DNA of 32,077 bases from Candidatus Woesearchaeota archaeon (GTDB lineage: Archaea; Nanobdellota; Nanobdellia; Woesearchaeales; JAZDFJ01), in NCBI GenBank assembly GCA_043807995.1, contig JAZDFJ010000058.1:1-32077 (forward strand). The letters run 5' to 3'. The number at the start of each line of letters is the position of its first letter. Position 1 is the first letter of the stretch. Below, one piece after another: positions 25,596 to 32,077 of the stretch. The notes beneath the pieces were generated by a model, which was not told where the DNA came from, ran no database searches, and was given only the letters and a program-made list of their open reading frames with translations. A program made the position numbers and the translations under genes.

Positions 25596-25660
25596 GCCAG
25601 AACTATGTTCTGGCATAAACAAAACTGCAGAGCAGTTTTGCCAAACCAGCCATAGGCTGG
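25596..25660. terminator. Three consecutive perfect hairpins between convergent genes
   Basis: GCCAGAAC-TAT-GTTCTGGC, CAAAACTGC-AGA-GCAGTTTTG and CCAGCC-ATA-GGCTGG lie back to back. Confidence 0.45.
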
Positions 25661-25735
25661 CTGTTAATAGGATAACCAAATAGAACAAACAGAATATCAT
25701 AGAATAGAACAATCAGGATATCACGACAGAATTAT

Positions 25736-26635
25736 TCAATCCAGCTTTGTCGTCACAAAAGGCCTGTCAAGCAACAGGATCGTGTGCTCGTGCTGGCTCA
25801 CCAATCCATTGGCTTTCTCAGGCAGGGGCGGAAACCCTATAAGAATGCCCATTCTCTCAAGCTCTCTTATGCCAAACCTTGCCTTGGCCTCGCCTAATTC
25901 TCGGGTAACCCATCTGAGAGCAAATGGCAGGCCATTGTATTTCTTCACAGCATCAAGAACATCCTTTGCATACTGTCCTCTGACAGGCTTCATGGATTTC
26001 AGAGCGTAAATCGTCGGAGGCGAGGCTTCAAAAATCATGCCGTGGCCGTCTGTTGCAAAAGGCTCGACAGCAAAAGCCATGCCCTCCTGTAGGGCAAGAT
26101 GATTTCCGTTGTTGAAATTAGGGATTGTCGGAGGAGTGTGTATCTCAAACTGGTCAAGGCCGTGGCCTGAAAGATTTTTTACAGGAGAAAATCCTTTTGC
26201 CTGGATAGCGTCCAGAATAGCCTGGCCTATCTCGCACACAGGAACTCCTGCCTTTATGATTTTAAGGGCGGCATTAAGGCCGTCTAGAGAGGCCTGCACC
26301 AGCTCTTTGTTGTCGCCGAGATCAACAGTAAGGGCATTGTCGCCTATAAAGCCGTCAACATGCACGCCAACATCAAGCTTGACAACATCTCCCTCTTTGC
26401 AGACCAGAGGGTCATTGTGCAGAGAGCAGTAATGGGCTGCAATATTATTGATAGAAATCTGGGCGGGAAACGCAGGCTCTCCGCCAAGAGCGCGTGCTTT
26501 CTTGTCCACCTCATCGCAGATGTCAACAACCCTTGCGCCAGCCTTGATAAGTGTTCTGCCGTGCTCAAGGGCCTCAGCAGCAATCCTGCCTGCCTTTTTG
26601 TATTTCTCAATAGTTTCCTTGTCGAGCATGAGCAT
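25736..26635 (-). CDS. map: Methionine aminopeptidase, type 2 (archaeal)
   Basis: 299 aa with pita-bread fold metal-ligand context (DVVKLDVGVHVDGFIGD, SGHG, FAVEPF, QHEHT). Confidence 0.9.
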   Translation of the reverse strand: MLMLDKETIEKYKKAGRIAAEALEHGRTLIKAGARVVDICDEVDKKARALGGEPAFPAQISINNIAAHYCSLHNDPLVCKEGDVVKLDVGVHVDGFIGDNALTVDLGDNKELVQASLDGLNAALKIIKAGVPVCEIGQAILDAIQAKGFSPVKNLSGHGLDQFEIHTPPTIPNFNNGNHLALQEGMAFAVEPFATDGHGMIFEASPPTIYALKSMKPVRGQYAKDVLDAVKKYNGLPFALRWVTRELGEAKARFGIRELERMGILIGFPPLPEKANGLVSQHEHTILLLDRPFVTTKLD

Positions 26636-26717
26636 AAGGAATTATGGAAGTATTTAATTGTTGCGGAATTGGTTCTAAGAAAAAAATTTATAAACCCTTC
26701 TTCTGAATAAAGACTGC

Positions 26718-27317
26718 ATGGTTAATCAGGAGCTTGTTGAATATCTTAAAACACAGCTAAGCCAGGGTTATACTGCAGAGCAGATGAGAGGCTTTCTGAC
26801 ACAGCAGGGCTACAGCCAGGCTGATGTTGACGATGCACTAATGTTCACCATGCAGGAGGGCGCACAGCCTCAGCCTTCTCAATTCCAGCAGCCTCAGGGC
26901 TTTCAGAGCAATACTCCTGCGCAGCAGAATGCAGCAGCCAATGCATCTGGCCTGAAAAAAAGGCCTGGCTCTGTTTCCTTTGTCTCAATAATGTTTTTCA
27001 TTGCCGGCTTTCTCAACCTGCTATTCGGCGTGATAATGATTGTCGCAGGCTCTTCTGCGCACTGGTTTATCCAGTCATTGATACCGGCGGCAGCAGTGCT
27101 TGTGATAAGCCTTTTCACTGTTATAGCTATTGCAATGATATTCTCAGGAGCAATCAACGTAATCGCAGGCTGGGGATTGTGGAATTTAAAGAACTGGGCG
27201 AGAATTCTTGCGATAGTGCTTTCTGCACTGGCTATTTTTTCAGTGATAACGCTTCCGCTTGGGATAATATTTATTATTCTATTGACTAAAAAAAGCGCAA
27301 GAGAATGCTTTGCCTGA
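26718..27317 (+). CDS. Membrane protein with an N-terminal helical module, Q/P-rich linker and about 4 TM helices
   Basis: VEYLKTQLSQGYTAEQMRGFLTQQGYSQADVDDAL is followed by a QPQ-rich linker and then hydrophobic helices. Confidence 0.65.
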   Translation: MVNQELVEYLKTQLSQGYTAEQMRGFLTQQGYSQADVDDALMFTMQEGAQPQPSQFQQPQGFQSNTPAQQNAAANASGLKKRPGSVSFVSIMFFIAGFLNLLFGVIMIVAGSSAHWFIQSLIPAAAVLVISLFTVIAIAMIFSGAINVIAGWGLWNLKNWARILAIVLSALAIFSVITLPLGIIFIILLTKKSARECFA

Positions 27318-27338
27318 TATTCCAAGAAGCAATGCCGA

Positions 27339-27698
27339 TTATCCTTCTAATCCTGACCTGGCAATGCCAATAATCCTTCTTGCTCCGCCTGGTTTTTCTT
27401 CAAAAACAACCTTTACAGGCCTGTCAAAAAGAACATCAGCATGGTCAGCGCGTGCATCAGCAGATTGGTTTACGCCAAAAGCTCTGAGGAAATCATCTAT
27501 ATGTTCCTGCCCATACAGAACAAACATTCCTTTAAGCTCATCACCTTTTGCAAGGCTAAGCCCTAACCTTTGGTTTTCAGAACTGCCTGAAATACAAACC
27601 ATCGCAATAACATGTCCATCTGCAACCAGAGCGCCATATTGCGCTATACAATTCCATTCAGTAAGGAATTCTGCCTCTAAAGAACGATATAATCTCAT
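27339..27698 (-). CDS. Hypothetical protein (119 aa)
   Basis: Last ORF of the signal-peptidase operon. It starts 15 nt after the upstream stop. No motif recognised. Confidence 0.55.
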   Translation of the reverse strand: MRLYRSLEAEFLTEWNCIAQYGALVADGHVIAMVCISGSSENQRLGLSLAKGDELKGMFVLYGQEHIDDFLRAFGVNQSADARADHADVLFDRPVKVVFEEKPGGARRIIGIARSGLEG

Positions 27699-27713
27699 AG
27701 TCTCACTCTAATC

Positions 27714-28166
27714 TTAACCTTTTATCTCATCAAGCAATCTTTTTGTAGGAGTCAGAGCTATTGTGCCGTCTGAAAGGCAGCCAACTCTGTACATTCCATT
27801 GTTCAGCGAGCAGAACTCGCCATCTGCAATATCGCCAACATTCGCTGAAGCAGGCGTGCTCCCGACTATTCTTATATAAGGAACTCCCCCGATAACAGAA
27901 TAGGCGCAGAGCTTTCCGCAGATATTGTAGGTCCTGCCTTCATTGAGAATGTGAATCTTTTTGCTCCAGATATCTGAAACCAGCTCCTGAAGCTGTTGAA
28001 CCCTTGTTGAATCTGCATTAGGAGGCAGAAAATGGCTTGTGTCTTCAAGAATGCGCCGCTCCCTTTGTTGGCCATTGTAGCAAAGTACTCCGAAAACTGC
28101 CAGTGCAAACAATGATCTGCAAACTGCCCTTCTTCTCTGCTTGTACTTTCTATGTGGGTCTATCAT
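27714..28166 (-). CDS. Hypothetical secreted or membrane-anchored protein (150 aa)
   Basis: AAGGAG SD before ATG 28166; the ORF-track start at 28205 is probably too long. N-terminal basic stretch followed by the hydrophobic segment SLFALAVFGVL. Confidence 0.6.
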   Translation of the reverse strand: MIDPHRKYKQRRRAVCRSLFALAVFGVLCYNGQQRERRILEDTSHFLPPNADSTRVQQLQELVSDIWSKKIHILNEGRTYNICGKLCAYSVIGGVPYIRIVGSTPASANVGDIADGEFCSLNNGMYRVGCLSDGTIALTPTKRLLDEIKG

Positions 28167-28191
28167 CTTGTTCTCCTTCTTTTTCAGGCAT

Positions 28192-28299
28192 TTATGCAAG
28201 CGCACTTATGACTGTGATGCCTATCAGCAATACTGATAAGAGCACAAACAGCAAATCTGAATGCATTCTTGCAATATAATTTTTTAAATTTGATACCAT
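28192..28299 (-). CDS. Candidate 35-aa single-TM micro-protein
   Basis: MVSNLKNYIARMHSDLLFVLLSVLLIGITVISALA. AAAGGTGA SD lies 5 nt upstream. It sits between the signal peptidase and the 150-aa gene and falls below the ORF-track length cutoff. Confidence 0.35.
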   Translation of the reverse strand: MVSNLKNYIARMHSDLLFVLLSVLLIGITVISALA

Positions 28300-28336
28300 G
28301 ATTTCACCTTTGCATTTGTTTATATTATTTTCCAAT

Positions 28337-28837
28337 TCAGTAAATTATAGCCACGAGCACTTTTTCTATCTGCTCAAACCTTATCTTTCCAGGGTCGCTC
28401 AGCGCCACATTGTCGCCTTTTGCAATCACATATTCGCCTTGGGAGTCTTTTCCCTTGTGCACAACCCTGTGTATTGTTATTCCGTCTGCATACGCTGACC
28501 TGTAAGAGATAATGTCCCCAACATTTACATCGTCCATGCTCTCAGGCCTTATCTGGATGGCTGTTGCCTCTGTGTCAAGCACAGGATCCATTGAGTTTGT
28601 GTCTGCAAACATTGCTTGTTCAGGATTTTCAATGCTTATAACAACGCCCTTGTCATAGACAAGCACGTCTTTCTCTGCTATCCTGTCGCCAGGGCTTGGA
28701 AGCTCTGGAGCGATAAGCTCTCCTGAAGGGCTCTCTGCCAGTGCAGCCGCTCTTCCTGCCTCTGTTGAGGCAAGCAGGATGTGCACCAAAAACCCGAGTG
28801 CAAATACAAGCAGCAATGCAATGATTTTTCCCAGCAT
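28337..28837 (-). CDS. Signal peptidase I, archaeal/eukaryotic S26B type
   Basis: N-terminal TM anchor. SMDPVL (catalytic Ser box), GDIISYR, ITIHRVV and AKGDN boxes occur in the expected order. Confidence 0.8.
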   Translation of the reverse strand: MLGKIIALLLVFALGFLVHILLASTEAGRAAALAESPSGELIAPELPSPGDRIAEKDVLVYDKGVVISIENPEQAMFADTNSMDPVLDTEATAIQIRPESMDDVNVGDIISYRSAYADGITIHRVVHKGKDSQGEYVIAKGDNVALSDPGKIRFEQIEKVLVAIIY

Positions 28838-29041
28838 GAATGCAAAGAAGCAGAATCAGTATATAAATGTTACTATCATTTAGTAACTAATTGAGAGCAT
28901 TGCGCCTAAAACAGGAATATCCTGAGCCATCACAGCCGGCAATATTTTCAGTGTTCAATCGGATTTTCACTTTTTATTAAAGAACGAGTCGGGGGCTAAA
29001 AGTGGAAGGGGCTTTGGCTTAACACATCTCTAAAAACCGCA

Positions 29042-29674
29042 TCACTTCCTTCCTTCAATATTCTTAGTCATTCTTTGTATTTCCAACCCAGATTCTCTCA
29101 CAATTTCATCTTCAGATCTTAGGTCATATATTCTCGTACTTGTTCCACCAATTCCTTTTGCTAGTACATAAACAGAGATGGCTAATTCTGGCGATATTAT
29201 CCCAACTATTGTACCGGGCATTAAATAGTCTTTTCTTGCTGCGCAAAATAATGCAAAACCCATTTGGCCATATCCCCACCCCTTAAAAGTTTTTACAGTT
29301 GCTTGATGTTTAACTCCTGAGAAAGCAACATCATCAAGATAACACAATCTTTGATCTTTCGCACCCCAGAATTCTGGATATTTTTGTCTAAAGTGAGATT
29401 CTACTTCTGCTCTTGTTAAAATTCTCAGATGCCTACAAATATCATCATCTAATTTATCATAAGCGTAAAGATATTCATTATCTTCTCTGGCTATCTCAAA
29501 AAATCTTGGGGGATGGCGTCGACCATATAAATTTTCCCATGCAGCATGAAACCAAGAATAGGATATAGCTTGGCTTCTACCACTTACAACAATTCCCTCA
29601 TACTCTTTTTCATGGATATTCCTGACTACATCTAATACAGCTTTCCTAAGGATACTGTCAGATTCGCTAGCCAT
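29042..29674 (-). CDS. Phosphoribosyltransferase-like (type I PRT fold) protein with a divergent PRPP loop
   Basis: YEGIVVSGRSQAIS and LCYLDDVAFSGVKH match the PRT architecture (hhhhDD-x-x-x-[ST]G). ATG 29674 lies about 27 nt downstream of the TATA box, implying a leaderless mRNA. Confidence 0.5.
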   Translation of the reverse strand: MASESDSILRKAVLDVVRNIHEKEYEGIVVSGRSQAISYSWFHAAWENLYGRRHPPRFFEIAREDNEYLYAYDKLDDDICRHLRILTRAEVESHFRQKYPEFWGAKDQRLCYLDDVAFSGVKHQATVKTFKGWGYGQMGFALFCAARKDYLMPGTIVGIISPELAISVYVLAKGIGGTSTRIYDLRSEDEIVRESGLEIQRMTKNIEGRK

Positions 29675-29696
29675 AGTGATTAATAACAATCAAGAC

Positions 29697-29705
29697 TATT
29701 TAAAC
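29697..29705 (-). promoter_or_regulatory. TATA box (TTTAAATA on the minus strand) for the PRT-like gene
   Basis: Its spacing to ATG 29674 fits archaeal leaderless transcription. Confidence 0.45.
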
Positions 29706-29935
29706 TTTTCTATTTTGTTACCACTATCAAGATACGATAACAACTAAAAATTAACGCCAAAGCCCCTAACTACTAAAACTGAAAAAAACATAAAAAACTT
29801 GAAAATTAGCCCCCGACTCTAAACTAAACACTCCTTGCGGAGAACTAATCGAAAAAGTGAAAATCCGACTTCCTCGCTACGCCCGAACCCCACTGCGCTC
29901 TCGCTCCATGAGAATTATTTTTAATGATTTCAAGT

Positions 29936-30379
29936 TTAAAAGGTATGCCATGGACCTGAAACAATTTTTTTTGCTTCTTCGTTGTTTGTTCCTAGTTTCT
30001 CTAGATTCCATGGCACTAAAAATGGAGGGACAAACTCACGCCACCGATCTTCAAATAAGCTTTCCAATTGAAATGGAACTAACGTTCTTTGTCCAACTAA
30101 GCTAGGTATAAATAAAATCGCTTTTGCAAAAGTCTGTTCAAGTCCAATTTTCATTGCATAAGCCAAACACATTTTTTCCTTTTCAGAATCTTCACACTTT
30201 CTTTCCCCCAGATGTCCTCTTTGTAAATCTTCAATTATCTGGTATAGTTCGGTGTCAAGCATGCGATAACATAAAACATGATTGTCTCTGCAAAACTCCT
30301 CAGCCAGCCCTGCTATGTGAATTGACGATTTTATTACCTGTTCTTCTAGAGAACAATCGCTGCTTTCTCGGAATGGCAA
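29936..30379 (-). CDS. Hypothetical protein (147 aa), possibly all-alpha
   Basis: Clean ORF upstream of the PRT-like cassette. A weak MazG-like EE..E/E..ED pattern (IAGLAEEF, ELYQIIEDL) is noted but not asserted. Confidence 0.5.
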   Translation of the reverse strand: MPFRESSDCSLEEQVIKSSIHIAGLAEEFCRDNHVLCYRMLDTELYQIIEDLQRGHLGERKCEDSEKEKMCLAYAMKIGLEQTFAKAILFIPSLVGQRTLVPFQLESLFEDRWREFVPPFLVPWNLEKLGTNNEEAKKIVSGPWHTF

Positions 30380-30414
30380 ATGAATCAGTAAAACTCCCTG
30401 ATTCTTATCTTGTA

Positions 30415-30577
30415 AAATAACAAAAATTCGCTGCTCGGCGCTATCCCTGGCCTAAAGGCGCAGGGTATTTACGCGCCTCGCTTAAAGGCGAATTTTTGGA
30501 ATAGCAAATTTCGACCTGAAGGTCGGGGTATTCATCATCCCCCGGCAATTTCTCCAGAAGTCGAAATTTCCTATAAG
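30415..30577 (+). mobile_element. Structured repeat element, copy B (partner of 23712-23877)
   Basis: Intergenic, ending 12 nt before the amrS ATG. The differences from copy A include paired compensatory changes. Confidence 0.8.
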
Positions 30578-30589
30578 ATCCAAGGAAGC

Positions 30590-31597
30590 ATGAAACAAGC
30601 GTCTCTCTATTCCAAACATGAAAATCTTATCCTGTGCCATCTCTGCCCGCACAGCTGCAAAATTCCAGAGGGAAAGACAGGCATATGCGGAGTGAGGATA
30701 AACAAGGGTGGAAAGCTCTATTCTCTTGTCTATGGAAAGCCTGTTGCAGTGCACATCGACCCTGTCGAGAAAAAGCCGTTGTTCCATTTTCTTCCAGGAG
30801 AAAAGGCATTAAGCATAGGCACTTTAGGGTGCAACCTGAAATGCCTGCACTGCCAGAACTGGGACATCTCGCAGAAAAGAGACCTGAAAGAAATAGAATC
30901 GATAAAAGAGGTTTCTCCTAAAGAGATTGTTGAGCTTGCAGTAAAAAACAAATGCAGGATAATAGCCTACACCTACAATGAGCCGACAATATTCTTTGAA
31001 TACATGAAAGACATTGCAGTGCTTGCAAAAAATAAAGGGATAAAAAACATAATAGTGAGCAATGGCTTCACAGGCAAAGAAGCACTGCAGGAGATGGTCG
31101 GTTTCATCGACGCTGCTAATATCGATCTCAAGGGATTCGGCGACGATTTCTATAAAAAAACCTGCTCTGCAAGGCTCGAGCCTGTGCTGGAAACACTGAA
31201 GTTCCTGAAAAAAAACAATGTCTGGCTTGAGATAACAAATCTCATAATCCCCACACTAAATGACGAGCCAAAGGAAATTAAAGAGATGTGCATCTGGATA
31301 AAGGAAAACCTCGGAGCAGACGTGCCATTGCACTTCTCTGCATTCCATCCTGACTACAAGCTTGCAGAGCTCTCATCAACTCCTGTTGAAACACTGAACA
31401 AAGCCTTTGACATTGCAAAAAAGGCAGGATTAAACTATGTTTACCTCGGCAATGTCTTTGCAGGAGAAAAGGAAAACACATTCTGCCATAGCTGCGGACA
31501 GCTTTTGATTGAGAGAGCAGGATTTAGAGTTGTAAAGAACATTCTGAAAAACAGCAGATGTCCTGGCTGCAATTCAAGGATTGCAGGGATATTCTGA
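30590..31597 (+). CDS. amrS: AmmeMemoRadiSam system radical SAM enzyme
   Basis: N-terminal CHLCPHSC..GICGVR cluster, DPVEKKPLFHFLPG, and the radical SAM motif CNLKCLHCQNW. Confidence 0.85.
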   Translation: MKQASLYSKHENLILCHLCPHSCKIPEGKTGICGVRINKGGKLYSLVYGKPVAVHIDPVEKKPLFHFLPGEKALSIGTLGCNLKCLHCQNWDISQKRDLKEIESIKEVSPKEIVELAVKNKCRIIAYTYNEPTIFFEYMKDIAVLAKNKGIKNIIVSNGFTGKEALQEMVGFIDAANIDLKGFGDDFYKKTCSARLEPVLETLKFLKKNNVWLEITNLIIPTLNDEPKEIKEMCIWIKENLGADVPLHFSAFHPDYKLAELSSTPVETLNKAFDIAKKAGLNYVYLGNVFAGEKENTFCHSCGQLLIERAGFRVVKNILKNSRCPGCNSRIAGIF

Positions 31598-31628
31598 AAA
31601 ACAGCAGAAAAGCATTCTCAGGAATCGT

Positions 31629-31791
31629 CTCTGCCCGTAATCTCGCATTCGCTCGCCTGCCTAGCCAACCTCACTTTCAGAATTCGTACAACAAAGTGCT
31701 GCGTCCCCGAATGGGGCGACCCCGCGCAACGCACTTTATTCAGAAAAAAATAAAGCTCGGAACAGGGCCGGGCAGGAAATTTCGGGCAGAG
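31629..31791. mobile_element. Structured 163-bp inverted-repeat element of the GCTCTGYC family
   Basis: Ends CTCTGCCCGTAATC ... CGGGCAGAG parallel the 6355 element (CTCTGTCTGAAATC ... GGACAGAGC), with paired T-to-C and A-to-G changes. The central CCCCGAATGGGGCGACCCCG is like CCCCGTAGGGGGCAACCCCCG. Confidence 0.55.
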
Positions 31792-31838
31792 CCTGTCAAA
31801 TCAAAAACATTAAATATCAAATAACATTACCTTCTGAT

Positions 31839-32077
31839 ATGATCTGGGTGAGGAAATACAAGCCAAAAAACAGCTCCGAGATACAGGGCCAGTTTATTGC
31901 CCTTGAGCAGTTAAAGAGGCATATCCAGAGCTATAGAAGAGGCTCTAAGCCGATAATAGTCCATGGTCCGCCGGGAGTGGGCAAAACAGCTGCAATCCAT
32001 GCAATCGCAGATGAGCTGGACCTAGAGCTTCTTGAGCTGAATGCCTCTGACCAGAGAAACAAAGACCATATAGAGAC
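31839..32077 (+). CDS. rfcL: Replication factor C large subunit (3' end cut by window edge)
   Basis: WVRKYKPK, Walker A HGPPGVGKT, and LELNASDQRNK. Confidence 0.85.
   Translation, partial: MIWVRKYKPKNSSEIQGQFIALEQLKRHIQSYRRGSKPIIVHGPPGVGKTAAIHAIADELDLELLELNASDQRNKDHIE

Larger units (their letters stand above)
28960..29867. mobile_element. 908-bp cassette bounded by three-block inverted repeats, carrying one gene
   Basis: The left arm has CGGATTTTCACTTTTT (28960), GAGTCGGGGGCTA (28986) and AGGGGCTTTGGC (29007). Exact reverse complements lie at 29852-29867, 29807-29819 and 29756-29767. Spacers between the blocks differ in length. No clear target-site duplication. Confidence 0.6.

Noticed and set aside
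31558-31824. 88-aa ORF spanning the amrS end and the 31629-31791 element
   Set aside because: It reads through a structured repeat element and overlaps the amrS 3' end. The Arg/Pro-rich product is typical of a GC-rich repeat translated by chance.

Overview
This is an archaeal chromosomal window. The evidence is split rpoA1/rpoA2, rpl30e, a short KH-type NusA, rps12, Cbf5, type-2 methionine aminopeptidase, an S26B-type signal peptidase, an AmmeMemoRadiSam radical-SAM enzyme and the RFC large subunit. Moderate GC, short genes and long AT-rich spacers fit a small-genome, possibly DPANN-like archaeon, but the lineage cannot be proven from this window. Three blocks stand out. (i) At 8.8-13.8 kb there are three tandem paralogous signal-peptide, Cys-containing surface proteins with divergent N-terminal halves and near-identical 3' halves. 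The third carries a thrombospondin-type-3 Ca-binding repeat and a CARDB-like insert. (ii) At 15.2-22.7 kb the codon usage shifts to GAA/AAA/CAA/GAT-rich. This block holds a translationally coupled two-gene pair and a six-gene minus-strand operon (16906-22722), each gene with a strong Shine-Dalgarno site. I recognise no enzymatic domain in the operon. It contains a 1034-aa two-pass membrane protein with a helical exo-domain and a C-terminal HTH, plus two internal paralogs. This operon is my best candidate for an undescribed system. (iii) At 22.9-30.6 kb there is a mosaic: a wHTH-nucleotidyltransferase without an intact HEPN partner, and a NYN/LabA-like RNase gene split in frame by a 166-bp structured repeat. 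A second copy of that repeat, at 30.4 kb, shows compensatory stem substitutions. The same mosaic holds a PRTase-like gene inside a 908-bp cassette bounded by three-block inverted repeats. Several other MITE-like structured elements and perfect tandem repeats sit in the spacers, including inside the RNA polymerase/ribosomal operon. All homology calls come from motif recognition by eye. No database search, structure prediction or statistics were run.
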